DNA from: Geosiphon pyriformis uo1
Lineage: Eukaryota; Fungi; Glomeromycota
DNA: 64,000 nucleotides
NCBI GenBank assembly: GCA_016748015.1
Contig: JAAOMT010000316.1
Coordinates: forward strand, 33,886 to 97,885
Direction: 5' to 3'
The first letter of the stretch is position 1. Every line of letters starts with the position of its first letter. The translations under genes and the position numbers were made by a program. The notes under the pieces are model-generated. The model worked only from the letters and a program-made list of their open reading frames with translations. It ran no database searches and was not told the DNA's origin. Of the stretch, positions 39,983 to 54,605 are shown in pieces.

Positions 39983-40745
39983 ATTTATTCATCTGAAAGT
40001 TCAATTCTTATTTGGATTTTATTTATTTCATTTAATTAACGGTTAAAAATTGAAATAACTATGATTGGCATATATATCTCATCTAATAGGAAACCTGCGA
40101 AAATATTTAACAAAAAATTTTCATTCTACGAGTTGGGATGACTTAAAGAAATGCATTCCATTGGTATGATTCATTGTGACCTACACTCGGGCAACATCCT
40201 ACAGTATGATCAATCGTAATCATCGACTACAGCAATTGAAAAACTTAGGGTTATGTCAAACTACAAATTAAAGAAATAATAAATTTCGGAACAAAAACAG
40301 CAATACCAACAGCAGAAAATGAAACATTAAACTCAAAAACAACAACAGACGAGAAAAAAATGAATATTTAGAGTGATTCCATACATTCCCACCAGAAGTT
40401 TTTAAGAGGAGAAAAGTTCACAAAAAGGGGTGATATTTATAGTTTTTCCATGTAATTATGGGAATTACCAACCCTTTGATGATCACCCTCTCATAATGGA
40501 TATTCTAGACTTTCCCCTTATTACCTTGCTCTTCCGAAATAATTATAAAGTGTTGGCATGTTAATCTTGAAAATCTTCCTACTACCAAGAAAGTTGAAAA
40601 GAAGTTGAAGGGCCTTATTAAGATGTATAACTGCGTGAAGCTGACGCCCCTGAAATGGAACAGTATAAAGAATTAAATAAATAAGTAAAAGAAATGTTGA
40701 AAAACGATGCGACAACAAATTATTCAAACGAGAACGAGCATTTAT
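39455..40745 (+). pseudogene. Tyrosine-kinase-like kinase pseudogene
   Basis: NWIPWDRLKNIKKIGEGGF, EVAIKFV, MIHCDLHSGNILQ, IPYIPPEVLRGEKFTKRGDIYSF, KCWHVN; frameshifts and deletions. Confidence 0.85.
39932..39981. repeat. (TTA)n microsatellite (counterpart (TAA)n at ~41550-41598)
   Basis: Trinucleotide run visible directly. Confidence 0.95.
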
Positions 40746-40907
40746 CTAGGACCAGTTGATAAAAGTCGTCTCTTTAGATTTGCAAATAATCGATATTTAA
40801 AAACAGAATTTATTTACCTTCCAGAATTTTCAGAGAATTTTACATTTTAATAAATATAATTCACTCATAACAACAAAGTGTATTATAGCTATATTTTAAA
40901 AATCACT

Positions 40908-40927
40908 NNNNNNNNNNNNNNNNNNNN
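40908..40927. other. Assembly gap (20 N)
   Basis: Run of n characters. Confidence 1.
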
Positions 40928-41199
40928 ATTTTAATATCCGAAATTAATTATTGTCTTTGTTAATATTAAATAAAGAAATCAAAAAGTTAAATTCCAAAAA
41001 AAGAGATTAAAATTATAGGATTTTAAAAATATTAAAATCTTAAATAAATTTATTAAGTTTTTAATGTTATAATTTATTTTAAAATTTACTAGTTCATTAA
41101 ATTCTTATTCAATATAATTTTACTTATAATATGATTTTAAAAATAAAGAATATTTATTTTATTTATATTTTATCAAATGGCCAAACAAAAAATTTACTC

Positions 41200-41550
41200 G
41201 TTTAATGTTTCATTTTCTGCTGTTGGTATTGCTGTTTTTGTTCCGAAATTTATTATTTCTTTAATTTGTAGTTTGACATAATCCTAAGTTTTTCAATTGC
41301 TGTAGTCGATGATTACGATTGATCATACTGTAGGATGTTGCCCGAGTGTAGGTCACAATGAATCATACCAATGGAATGCATTTCTTTAAGTCATCCCAAC
41401 TCGTAGAATGAAAATTTTTTGTTAAATATTTTCGCAGGTTTCCTATTAGATGAGATATATATGCCAATCATAGTTATCTCAATTTTTAACCGTTAATTAA
41501 ATGAAATAAATAAAATCCAAATAAGAATTGAACTTTCAGATGAATAAATT

Positions 41551-41581
<31 letters not shown>

Positions 41582-42080
41582 TAATAATAATAATAATTTG
41601 ATTGCCTCTTTGAATACTTCTTCATCATTCTGTAAAGACGTCTTCACAAATTTTATTGCTACTTCCTTGCCGTCTCTATATTTTATTCTTTTATATTTCA
41701 TTGCACCATGATGTTTTATACTAGTTGAATCAATTCTTCCATCAATTCATGTTGCTTTATAAATTGTGCCGAACCCTCCTTCACCAATTTTTTTTGATAT
41801 TTTTTAAACGATCCCATGGAATCCAATTATAATAATTAACTCTACCATACTGATCTTTTTTTTATGAATAGGTGGAATATAAATTGGATTCTTAATGGTT
41901 TCATCAACTAATTTATTTTCGCTTGAAAAGTCCTTGTAAAATTTTTAAAAGATATTAATTGGCATGCTCTACACTTATTACTTAAATCATTATTCCTAAT
42001 GCTCTTTTGAAATATTTCACACTCGTTGCAATCATGAGTTTCTGGACGAGTTCTTTTATTTAAAAGATTTTTCATGATGC
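41200..42080 (-). pseudogene. Tyrosine-kinase-like kinase pseudogene (inverted copy, 3'-truncated)
   Basis: Reverse complement of 39455-40332, including the GEGGFG and HCDLHSGNIL motifs. Confidence 0.85.
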
Positions 42081-42843
42081 AGATAAAATCAGAGTGACTA
42101 TTATGAGAATTTAAATTTATTAATCTAACTAAAAAAATGATTAATAGAACCGTTTAATCCTTAATCTCATTATTAAAGATTAAACTTAAAATAAAAGATT
42201 TCAATTTTAAGCCGAAAAAAGTTCACAATTAGCAAGCTTCACAATCAAACATATTGTGCCGAAAATCAGCCGGGTTTCAACAGTTATTCCCAAGAACTCA
42301 TGATAATTCATGCAATTATATAAGTATAAAGAAAATATATCTATAATTTAATTTCAAGTCTGCTGTTACAAAATATCTTTAAAACAATCCAGTCCAATTC
42401 AATCAAATCTTTGAAATTAAAAATCTCAATTATCAAAGTAGTAGTTTCTTAAAATTTTGGACTTGGTTGGAAAGTTCAAAGCTAATAAATTCCTTTTTTT
42501 GCTTTAATTTTAGAATTTTATCGATAAAAAAACAATCTCGTATAATAATCTTGCGAGATTTTTTTTGGCAAGCAACAAGTTCACTAAACTCTTTGTTTTC
42601 TCTCAGCATAGAAATAAGTATCACAAAATACTAAAGAGTATTGCAATTTTTATTGAACAATGTTAATATTTGATCAATTCCTTTACTTTTATGTTTTTTG
42701 TGACTTGTTGGGCTGTTATCATTTACTTCTTTCAATATTTTTTTCAGGCAAGAGAAAAGACCGCCAATGCAATCTACACCACACATCTATATAAGTTTAA
42801 TGCATGTATATACACATTTTCTCATAGTGCAAGGAATACAAAT

Positions 42844-43865
42844 TCACAGCGGTATTTCAACTTGTTTCCTTCGCATCCTTTCATAACATTGTTTAGGACT
42901 TCTCGTAGTTACAGCCTCTGAAAGCTTATGAAAATTTGTACCAAAGCTTTTTAATGCTTCATTTAAGTTATGTATTTCTATATCATTCCATTTTCCACTA
43001 TTGAAATTCCTTTGAACTTTTGGGGAATTATAATAATGACTTTTAATATCCTTCAAAGGTCGCCCGGGTATTAATAGCTGGATTTCTTCCCAATTTTCAT
43101 TGAACTTTTCCGCTTCCTCGGCCAATATTTTGAATTCTTCAGGCTTCCAACAACCAATTTTACTCCCTGGTGCTAAGTAGTGGATATAATGGGCTTGTAT
43201 GAGCGCAGAGGGCCTTTGAAGAATATGACTTATTTTTGTCCAATTTTCACCATGTGTTTGAACTAAATCGCGCAGTTGTTCATTTTCATTTTTAGTCCAT
43301 GAACCACGCTTTGGTTTTCTCAAGACAAAGTGATACCGAGTCTTTAAACTCTTGGCACTTTTTTTGGGGAAACAGCCTGCTAAAAATATAGCTTTCCAAT
43401 TGATTTTACCATGGATCAAATGTTTTTTGACAGCCAATTGTAGCTTCTCATCCTCTTCAAATGTCCATTTCTGTGCCTTTCTAGTTAATCTATCATCAAC
43501 AATACTTTCGCCAGTGCTTAAACTATAAAATTTACTTCGCAGAGCTTGGATCGTTCTTGATTGAAAATATTTCTGAGAAATCAGCTTCCAATTTGAACCG
43601 TACTTCTTTTGACACTCAATGAGGGTTTGTTTTTCTTCCGGAGTCCAGTTACGACGATATCTTAGGCCAGGAATTTTATGATCCTTTTGGCCGATAACCA
43701 TCAGCTAATTCATAGGGGAATAAGAAAACTTTTCTATTTATTGAATGCGGATTATTTGCAGTAGCTTACCTCCTTTTTACTTAAATTTAGTTTCATTAAA
43801 TTTAACCAAATACAAAGGGTAAAACCTGTGATATAATTAGAACGCAATTTAATCGTGACTTGCAT
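42844..43865 (-). CDS. Five-repeat Myb/SANT protein, copy A2
   Basis: Exon 1 43865-43770 (MQVTIKLRSNY..SKKE), intron 43769-43705, exon 2 43704-42844 open (285-aa ORF). Confidence 0.9.
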
Positions 43866-45750
43866 AGTTTTGTGTTTGAAAAAAAATAAGTGATAAACCA
43901 ACGTTTTGAGTGCGAAATTCTTTATATAGATGATCAATATGTAGATCAAGTTAGAGATGGAAACTGATATGCTAAAACATTACTTATATATTAAATGTAT
44001 TGTACTTAGTTTAAAATATTGTTTTGTAATTCACTGCCAAATAAAAATATCATTCTAAGCTTTTTAATGGGTTAAACCATTTCAATTCGTCTCATTTCGT
44101 TTGTATGTTCTTGTAATTTGATACAGTAATTTTAATATTGTGAATTAAAAATTGTCACATCAAAACATCATCTTGTAAATTATTTAACTTTCATTATAAA
44201 TAAAAAGCAGAAGTAAAGAATTCGGGTTTATACTACCAATATGAAATTTTATTGCCCTTTATATTTCAAAAAAAACAAATACTGCCGCAAAGAGACTACT
44301 GAGTAATAATATCTCTATGTTTTTAGTTCAAAATTAATTACAACAAATTTGCATAAAATCCAGAGCTCATTTTATATAGTTGATATTTAGTGTTTTTAGA
44401 CTTAATTTTTCTCTTAATTAATCGAAACTAGCCTTTTCAAAGATTATTGATTGGTTAAAATAATGCAAGAATTAACAATTTAATTTTTTCAGTTTTAAAA
44501 GGATATGTCTCAAACATCATCTCGGCTTAAAATAATACCAGCATGAAATTGCTGGCATTTTTTAAGTATCAAAGATAAGAGTTTTAAGACATATTGTAGT
44601 CATAATAATAGATTTCGATTTCACAAATTTCGTGCATGCAAGAATGTCCCCTATTGTTCCCGTGTCCGAAAGCCCAATTAACTGCAATAGTAGCATTTTT
44701 ATAGCCTTAAAAACAATGGAAAACATCGTATATGAGAAAACTAAATGCACTTTTGAATTTCAAGAGCATCGATCCTTCAATCCTTCAATCCTATTTTGAA
44801 CTGATCCTACTAATAAATACACCATTTGAGCTGGAGATTTTTCAATGGAGTTATAATTTATTTAGTATGGAATTAACCTTTTAAGCATTAGGTTCCGAAT
44901 TTTCAGTTATTTAAAATAAATTTTCGGCACTATGACGGCCTAATCCTCGGCCTTGACAACTGGATGTTGCCGGAAACAGTAATAGGCTAAGAACATTTTC
45001 TGAAAAGTTTTTATATAATCTTTTTCTCTTATCATTGGTCATATCTGATATCTAAAACGGTTGGATGACGATTAAATCAAACTCACAAGTAAAAATAGGA
45101 TTGCATTTCTGTGGATTTCACTTTGCAGACGCAGAATCCTTCGTAGTATATGTGAGAGTCGCTGAGAAAAATTTTAGGTGCTTTGGAGTTTATAATCGAG
45201 AATTGCTTCACTAACTGCTATTTTCGATGGAGAATAATTTTGAACATGAGAATTTAATTACTTTAACTTCCTTTCAGGATGATTAGGCAAGAAGCTTTGC
45301 TATACTTTAAATAGAGATTTTTGATTCCCAAATATTTTTATAGCAATAGGCTGTTCTATTACCTAGCTTTAATCAGCTAATATCTTCATTATTAATATTT
45401 AAGTCTATGGTGGTTCCAAACTTTAGCTTTAAAATTAATTATTTAACAAATTCTTTAATAAATTTGTTGTTTGTTAGATAGAATTGAGATTTTTAGAAAT
45501 TTTTTATTAAAGTAAAAAAAAGGGTTCTGAATCTATATTTAGGTTTTCTCTTCAATAAAAAGATAAAAGTACTTTGCGAAGCCTGCCTTTTCAGAATTTG
45601 TCATTAATTACTGGCAATGAGATAAAAACTTGAAACATTTATGTTATGGATCTAAATCAGCTGGCTATGAAGAGCTTAGAATGAATTTTGAATATGAACA
45701 GATAAGTCTATATATTATTAAGAGTATTTGAAAAAAAAGACACATTCCTA

Positions 45751-46645
45751 TTAAATTTTAGAAAATTTATTGATCAAATCAGAGTCTTTTATCTCTACTG
45801 AATTCCATTTTCCCCTTATTTGAATTTTGGGTGAATGACGACAATAGTATCTTATACGATCTGAGGATCTTCCTGGGAGTAATCGCTGTATTTGTTCCCA
45901 ATTCTCACCATGAACTTGAAAAGCCTTAGCTAATTGATGAAACTCTTCGTTTGTCCATCGACTCCTTTTAATCCCAGATGCCAAGTAGTTATTGTAATGT
46001 GATTGAATTGAGTGAGTGGGCCTTTGAATAATATGACTTATTTCTTTCCAGTTTTTTCCATGGCTCTGCACTAAATTCAAAAGTTTTTCATCTTCTTCCT
46101 TGGTCCATGGACCACGTTTTGGTTGCGCTAAAACATGGTGATATCGATTGAATAAGTCTATAGTACTCCTTCCAGGAAAACGGCAAGTTAATAAAATAGC
46201 TTTCCAATCAACTTTTTATTGAATGAATGTTGTATTATAGCTATATACAGCTCTTTATCCTCTTCCAGCGTCCACTTTATTGAATTTAGGGTAAGTTTCT
46301 GATTGATATTTCCTCCATTAGCTCTTAAGTGATACCATTTATTTTTGACAGAATTAGCTGTTTTTAATGGAAATTGCTTTTGTGAAATTAATTCCCATTT
46401 TGAACAAAAAACATTATATGCCTCAAGAAGGGCTTTACTTTCTTCAAGGCTCCATCTTTGATTAACTATTGATAAAATAGTGTTTATATTTTCTAGTATT
46501 TCGGGATATTGTTAGCTAATTGTAAAGATAAAATCAGATGAATTCGAAATTGGTTAAGATTTTTAGCGACTTACTTTAGTTTCCTTAAAGTCAACCATAC
46601 CAAAAGGACGAGGCCTACTGTATTACTGGTTTGCGGTTTTAACAT
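45751..46645 (-). pseudogene. Four-repeat Myb gene, family B copy B1 (disrupted)
   Basis: WSLEE..KWELIS, WTLEED, GPWTKEED, RWTNEEF repeats. A one-base loss in an A-run at ~46215 relative to B2, and a stop just after the predicted splice junction. Confidence 0.8.
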
Positions 46646-47429
46646 AAGATTATTGCAACTTAAGAGATTGGAGACTAATTTTTTTTTCTAATCTCTGCTT
46701 ATATCTGTAACCATAAGGCCGATCATCTTGCTTTGCTAAAAACAAATAAATTCTTTGTTCTCTATTAAAACTTTCCTAAGTTAATAGTTAACCATCTTGA
46801 TGCTTTTCATAATTCAGTAAATAAGAACATAAAAAATTTTAGCTGCTTTTAATCAATTCATTTATGATTCGACAGTTTATTTCAGCCCCACTCTATTCAA
46901 AATAAATGGATAAATTTTATTGTGCAAAAAAATTTTATATTAGACTTTAAAGAATAACCTTCTGCTGGCAGTTTAGCACTTACAGAATAGACACTTTAAT
47001 GAAGAATAATGAAAAATTTTAATAATAAGTAACACTCGAAAATAAGAAACTTTTAGTTTTTATAAGTTTGAAAAATAAGAACCTTTAATTTTTTAGAAAA
47101 AAATTATAATTTATTATCCTATTAAATTTAGGGTATTGCTAAATCGACCCACCTGCAACACGTGATATTAATATATATAGAATTTTAATATTTATTTATT
47201 AGTAATTCTAATAAATATTAGTTTAATTAAAATAAAAAATAACTTTTTCTTATATAAAATTTTTAATTGGAAAATAATTTTATTAGGTGGCAGTTTCCTG
47301 AAAAAGGTAATAGAAATTTATCATGCGGTATTAACTATCATGGACCGACAGCAAAGAAAAACTTAGACCCGTGGCAAAAAAATGAGCTATATCCTTAAGC
47401 AGTATCTAAAAAAGTATTTGTTGTAGTTC

Positions 47430-49080
47430 TAAAATGGTTACACTATTACCAACTTGTTTTATCATTGTTAGAATTTGTGTCGTTGTGTCTTTAAAAGCTT
47501 TAATATAATTAATAGATGACTTACCTTGTGACTTTTCAACAGAATTGAAAAATTTTTTATAAAAGGATTAAAATATTCTACAAATGCCAACAAACTTTGC
47601 CCTTGAGTTTCCAAAGCAGCAATCTTTTTAATTAGATTTGCAAAAGTGACTACTGGTAGTAGAGCAAATTAGCTAACACTTTGAAATATGACACAAAACC
47701 AATTAATTGATTTAAAACAATATTTTCTAAACCAGGTAGTTTAATAAATTTTTAATACAGCTGAAAAAAGCAGCTTTATAGACAAAAGCCAAGTAATTTG
47801 AACTTTAAATTATCTTATCAAATCCAGTGTTTCTAATATACTCATTTATATAATTGCTTTTTAGATTTCAAAAGTTACAATTGCATATCTTTTAACAACT
47901 ATAAAATCAGTTAATCAAGAAATAAAACAGATTTAACTATAAAGTGACCAATTATATTACTACTTTTATAAGCTATATAGCTAAAAAAATTGAATAATAT
48001 GGTTTAAAAGCTTTGAAACAAAATTGATTAAGAAAATAAATAATAAAATATTATCACAAATTAGCAAGTTTAATATAATAACAAAACTTTTACCAAATCC
48101 TTTAAGAACATTTTGATATTGTCAAAAATATACTAAGGAAAACATTAGAAAGTGTAACAACAGCAAAATTTAATTCTAAAGCCATAACAGACTTTGCAAT
48201 TTTGAACATAATAAAAAAGAATAATTCAACAAAATCAATCTTAATAACAGCATTCAAGTATTCTTGAAAATATAAACTTTATACAAACTAACTTTAACAA
48301 TTAGGTTAATAATTCAAACATAAACATAGATTTAAATTTTTTTTGTGTACGATAATTTCTCAATTATTAGTTGTATATTAAAAAATACAACAATATTAAA
48401 AAAGAAAATATCTTTTTAATAAGTAATAATTAATTAAAAGCAGTCATATTAAACAATATAACCAATTTTAATCTGTATCTATTTTAATAAATGTACTATT
48501 ACTGTTGTTGTTTATAGCTAAATTAAGCTAACTGGTTTTTTTAGAATTAATGAAACAAACTTAGTAGAAAAACCAAAAGTAAACAAAAAAAAGCTGGTTT
48601 AAAAACAATAGTAGTATTTTAAAGTTTTCAAAAACACAAAACCAGTGCTTCAGAAGATGTCAAAAGAAAACATTCCTCTAGAATCTCCAAAATTTTTGCT
48701 GTTAATTAGTTTTTAGCTATTTTATTTTTCAAGCCATTTAAGAAATGGAGTGGTGACAAAAGCTAAGAAAAAGAAAAATTCTAATACAACCTTATTTTCA
48801 AAATTCTTAGGATTTTTGCTAATAGAAAAAACAATGCTAAAATTGTTTTTAGTGTTTATTTTCAAAGAAACTTTGACTAAAGAGAAACTTCCAGTCAAAA
48901 AAAAAGATGATTCTAAAACAACCAAAAATTGCTTAAGATTTGCTTTATTAGGGAAAACATTCTTACAGCATTTTTGTTTCGCTGTTATTATACTAAGAGA
49001 ACTTTATTGGTTGATGCTTTTTCAGTTATTTTAGCAAAAATAGTAATTGCTTTTTTTCTTTTGCTCTGGTTGTGAACATA
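47430..49080 (-). mobile_element. Possible heavily decayed transposon relic separating B1 from A3
   Basis: Absent from the duplicated A4-B2 block. Stop-riddled, with G/C-depleted coding-like texture like the other mutated elements; no unambiguous domain recognised. Confidence 0.3.
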
Positions 49081-49853
49081 AAATTTTAAAAAATTAATTT
49101 TCTTTCTTAATATAAAAATATATAAAGATTTTAAAATTTATCCTTTTGAACCGAATATTTTAGAAATCCCAAAAACAAATAATAATTTTAAAGAAAATAA
49201 TATAGAAATAATAAAAACCCGCTGAAAATTTCAGAAAAGGAGTTAAAAAAAAATTTTCGAGATGAATTTTATAATTTATGCATATTTAAAATCCTGAAAT
49301 TTATTTTTCAAACCTTCATTTTATTTAGCCAAAATTTGGAGCTCAATATCTAAAAGTTTTGGCATTTCTCAAATTTTAATTTTTACTTAAAGTTAATTTA
49401 AATGAAGTTTAACTTGAAAAAGACCTTGTACTTGAATGCTTTTAATAAAAACAACAATTTTTTCCAGAATTAAAATAACATTCATTTGCAAAGATATAAA
49501 AGTAGCAAAACACTTGAAAAGCTATTAAAATTCTATGGTTCTTTTGAAAAATATTTAAATTTAGATTCTTTTAAAAATTCTCTGAAACTTTTAGAGAATT
49601 AGTAAGTTAAGTAAGATTTAAAACTAACTTTATTCAAGTCTAGCAATATATTTCAAGAAATTTCTCACAAAAATATCTTTCAGAAAATTCAGGTTCAAAT
49701 TAATTATTTATATTGGATTTATTTATTTAAAGATGTTTTAACTAAACTCCGTAATTATTAGAAAGAGTTGCTTTATCTTTCATTCTATCCCAATTTAATT
49801 CTATCTATCTCCATTATAAAAAATCAGAATCAGAGCCAAGAAAAGCTCATATT

Positions 49854-50760
49854 TTATTGGAATTTCCACTTGTTTCCCTTTCCATTGTTGGGAACCTCTC
49901 GTAGTTACAGCTTCTGAAACCTTTTGAAAATTTCTACCAAATTTTTCGAATGCTTCTTTTAAGTAATGTATTTCTATAACATTTCATTTTCTACTATTGA
50001 AATTCCTTTGAACTTTTGGGGAATTATAAGAAGTTCTTTTAATCTCACTTAAAGTTCGCCCGCTCCCTGGTGCCAAAAAGCGGGCATAGTGCTGTTGTAT
50101 GAGCTTAGGCCGCCTTTGAAGAATATGGCTTATTTTTTTATATCTTTTGCCATATGTCTGAACTAAATTGCGTAGTTTTTCATCTTCATTTTTAGTCCAT
50201 GGCCCACGTTTTGTTTCTGTTAAATAATAGTAATACCGATTCGCTAAACTTTTAGCACTTCTTTTAGGGAAACAGCCAGTTAAATATATGGATTTCCGAT
50301 TTTACTATGAATTAAATATTTCTTGGCAGCCAATTGTAGCTCCTCATCCTCTTTAAGTGTCCATTTCTGCACCTTTCTGGTTAATCTATCATCAATAATA
50401 CTTTCGCCAGTGCTTAAGTTTAAAAATTTACTTCGCAGAGCTTGGATCGTTCTTGATTGAAAGTATTTCTGAGAAATCAGCTTCCAATTTGAACCGTACT
50501 TCTTTTGACACTCAATGAGCATTTGTTTTTCTTCCGAAGTCCAGTTCTGACGAGTCTTAACCTAGAAATTTTATGACCACCTTGGCTAGTAACCACCAGC
50601 TAATTCATAAGTGAATGAGAGAACTTTTTTATTGATTGAATGCGGATTATTTGCAGTAGCTTACCTCCTTTTTACTTGACTTCAGTTTCATAAAATTTAA
50701 CCAAATACAAATAGTAAAACCTGTGGTATAATTAGAACGCAATTTGATCGTGACTTGCAT
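49854..50760 (-). pseudogene. Five-repeat Myb family A copy A3 (pseudogene)
   Basis: Same exon 1 and intron. Frameshifts at ~50550 and ~50290; most of repeat 4 deleted at ~50062 (..LAPGS|GRTLSEIK..). Confidence 0.88.
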
Positions 50761-51329
50761 AGTTTTGTGATTGAAAAAAAAAAAATTATTTATATAGATG
50801 ATCAACGTGTCGATCAAGTTAGGAAGGTCAGAAGGTCATGCATGACAAAACAACTAATAAAGAAAAAATCCTCAGAGATGTAAAGTTTTAAAAATACATA
50901 TCGATCAAAAACTTAATGGCTTAGATTGTTAAAATATTTACCTATTTAATTGCAAATGTAAAATATAGATCTGCATTCAAACTGTTTTCTTGATTCCCCC
51001 AATTTCACCAATCTATAATAAATAAAATGGCATTATGGCAACATGATATAAAAAATACCAAATTATTCTGCTATGCTCTTTATTATTTTAGATTCCTTGC
51101 AGTATAAAATAGAAAAGAAGCTTAAAGAAGATTTATTACTGCATTCATCTTAATTCTTTGGCAAAACGTATTCGCAAAGAAGTACCTAGTAGATAAACAG
51201 AATCTTGTGAATTAGAATTAGTAGGATAAAATTAAATGGCTAAATATAACTATAATCCAGTGAATTAATCGAATTGAAGATACTTTTTATTAATTAGTTA
51301 AACTGATTTATTGAAAAATCAACCAGTTC

Positions 51330-52500
51330 AGCAGTTAAAAGATGACATGTATAAACTGCGCCTGGATGAATTAATACCCTTGAAAATTTTGTTTCCGAGG
51401 TTTTTGTTACCGAATCGTTTTCTTCCCATTCCAACTGTTTATAAACTTCTTCGGCAGTAGAAAGATTCTTAAAATTAGCATCTCAGCATTTAGCGATTTA
51501 AGGTAAAACAAGGGGGAGGTATTGTTAGGACTTTGACCATTTAAAATTGTCATTATAGATATTAGTCATAGTAACCTTTTCTCCTCTTAAAATTTCTGGT
51601 AGAAGGTATGAAAATTACTACATATATATTCCTTTTTTCTCTCTTATTGTTGCTGTTGTCGTTTTTGAGCTTGATGATTGACTCAATCTGAGGTCTTCAA
51701 TACCTACATCATTATAGGATGTTGCCCAAGTGTAGGTCACGAAGAACCATACCAGAATTAATTGTATTAAGTCCATCAGCATTTTGCAGCGCGATTAGTA
51801 TTTTACAAGGCTAACTCGTAGAATAAATATTCGTTGTTAAATATTTTTGCATGTTCATGTCTGGCAAAATCCATCACAATCCCATACTTGAATGTTTCAG
51901 CGTTTAGATAAAGAATGTGCATCCATAGTGCTTTGAAATTTATATCAAGACTGAATCTTTAGATGAATATAATCTAATAATAGTAATTTGATTACCTCTT
52001 TGGAGACTTTTTCACTATTCCGCAAAGATATCTTTATAAATTTTCTTGCGACTTCCATCTCTTTCATCTTCTCTCGTCCTAGCTATTAACTATTCCTCTT
52101 GTTATATTCCATTGCTATGATGTTTACATCAATCAATCTATCTATCTATCAATTAGTGTTGTTTTATAAACTATACCAAACCTCCCTCGTTGATATTCGA
52201 TAGATCATCCTATGAAATTATTTCATAAAATCTTAAAGACTATTAATTTTTAAATTTCTTCTGCTATAGATAATAAGATTTTTGATAAACGAATCTATGT
52301 AATATATCTCTAGAACATTAATTGGATTTAAACAAAGCATGGCTTAGACCCGAACTTTTGGGTGGATGGAAGTATTTCATTACAGTAAGCAAAATGATTT
52401 TGAATTTTTACAAAGCATGATAATTCACGATAAGCTCATATTACCTCTTGAAATTTAGAAAATAGCATCACCACAGGTATTCGTTCCTAAAGAGATATTT
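51330..52500 (-). pseudogene. Tyrosine-kinase-like kinase pseudogene
   Basis: EGGLV, YGIVMDFARHEH, IADGLNTINSGMVLRDLHLGNIL, PEILRGEK motifs, with disruptions. Confidence 0.8.
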
Positions 52501-54605
52501 GTCATCGTAATAGCTCAATCCAAACATAAAAAGTTTGGTGTTTAGGATTAAAAAGTTCATTAAGAATTCAATATTTCATGGATTGGGAAATCATGAAAAA
52601 TTTGGAAGGGGATACAAATCAGCATTTAAAAAAATGGAGATTTCTCTTGTTTGTAATATTTTACAAATAAATACAAATCACTTGATTTAGTTATCATATA
52701 AGAGAAAGATTGTTCCATCTTTTAAAATTCATAGAGGATCTTAGTATAGTTATTTCAGAAATTTGAACTATTTCATAGCTTTAATATACATAACTGAAAT
52801 ATATCTTGCTTAACGTCCAAACATTCAATGCTTAATAAAAAATTGATTATTTAAAAGGTATAGACATAAATCTTTTAGTTTTTTACACATTTAGCTTTTT
52901 AGATGATGTTTAATGACTTAAAAACTGAAACTCAATCATCTTAATTGATAATAAAATTAAAAAGTATTTCAGCACATAATTTTTAAACTCTATATTCTAA
53001 TATTAAGCGTGGTATAAAAAATAACTGGCAGAAATAGATTCGGTGTCTGTTTTTGTTTTCATAATCTTATTATTTACTTTTGATTGCTTTCTTGGCAAAC
53101 AATTCTGATAGCACTACATTTAATTTACTATTTCATATATAAAACATATAATCTAATCCCCATTCGAAACTGAATTTAATAATAATTTCAAATGGTTTGA
53201 AAAAAATTCATAAAACATCTAAACGTAATTTTTCAATGACATATAAAAATGAAAGAATGACAAGCTGTAAACTGAGAAATTGTTATATTAAAAAAACTTT
53301 GACGCAATCTTTCATAGCATCTTCGAAAAGGTCTAAATTCTATCCCTAAAGTTTATATGATTTGAGTTTTAGTGAATTGCAAATTTGCATGTTTTTTAGT
53401 GTAAGTTTTTGGCCGATTGGTTAAAACTGCTACTGTCGCAACTTACTTTTAATAAAAGAAAACTTGCTAATTTCATACAAGTTCAAATTTATCTTTTTAT
53501 TTATATTCAATTAATAAACCTTATTTTCGGATTATTTTTAAAAACTTTTGATAGTAGTCCGTTTTTTATTTTTCCAATATAAATAGGTTACAGAAATTAT
53601 ATTTCAAGATATGTTAAACTTTGATGTCTTAACAAATTAATAATTGGATAAAGATTTTTGCGAAATTTTTATTGCACATTACTGTTTCTTTAAATGGGAC
53701 ATTAAACTCTCCGCAAAATTATCCTCTTTGTCACTCTAAGATTTCTCCTAACACGATTACTAGTCAATTTCATTCAGGTACAAATTTAACTAGCTCCAGA
53801 ATTTACTTTAAAAAAAACACTGAATTATTCTAATCCTAATTCATGAATAAATTTCTGTGTCAGAAAATGGGTTTTTAATTATTGCGATCGAGGTGTAGTT
53901 CAACCACTAACTATTTCGCACAAGACAATTGTCATGAATTAGATGTGGATCGTACGTTAATTATAAAGAGTCCTAATAATAAAAAATTCATTTATTGATG
54001 TGATTTATTTCTTGCCTTGGTTTTAGTATAATAAGTTAAATCGAGTTAACTTTAAAACTTTATGTGTCATATTATTCCTTAAAAAGATTTTCCTTCAAAA
54101 AGCATCCCTAAAATCTATAAAAATTAGACTATTTGACAGTTTTACTTAGCAGCTCTTTTCGCAGGAAGGAACTCTTTTGAGCAGTTTATTTTTTTGAAAC
54201 AGAAAAGTTAAAAAATTTCAGATGGGCAATTTAACCCTGAATTCTTAACTTCTGCTTTTGATTCATATTGAAAATTGAATAATTTGTGAGATTATATGAT
54301 AATTTTTATTAAAATTCATATATCGAATCACAAGAGCATACAAACAAAATGGGACGAATTTAAACCTCATTGAAAATATTTTAACGTATTCAAAAATTAA
54401 GTTCTTTTAATTAAATAGGTTTTTTATTTGATGATAGATCACAAACAATATTTCAAGCTGAGAATTCAAAATATACGAAATAAAGTACTATAAATGTTTT
54501 TGCGTAACCTTCTTTTTCTGATCTTTCTAACTTGATCGACATACTGGTCATCTGTATAAATAAAGAATTTCCCATTCAAAACATTTATTTTTTCAATCAC
54601 GAACT

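Larger units (their letters stand above)
38913..42619. repeat. Near-identical inverted repeat, arms 38913-40332 and 41200-42619 (~1.4 kb each), extended by the more diverged Myb genes A1/A2
   Basis: Direct reverse-complement match along the arms, with few SNPs and a different (TTA)n length; the spacer contains an N gap. Confidence 0.92.

Noticed and set aside
44500-45300. Moderately GC-rich stretch that might be a gene fragment
   Set aside because: Only a 62-aa ORF with no motif; cannot be assigned.
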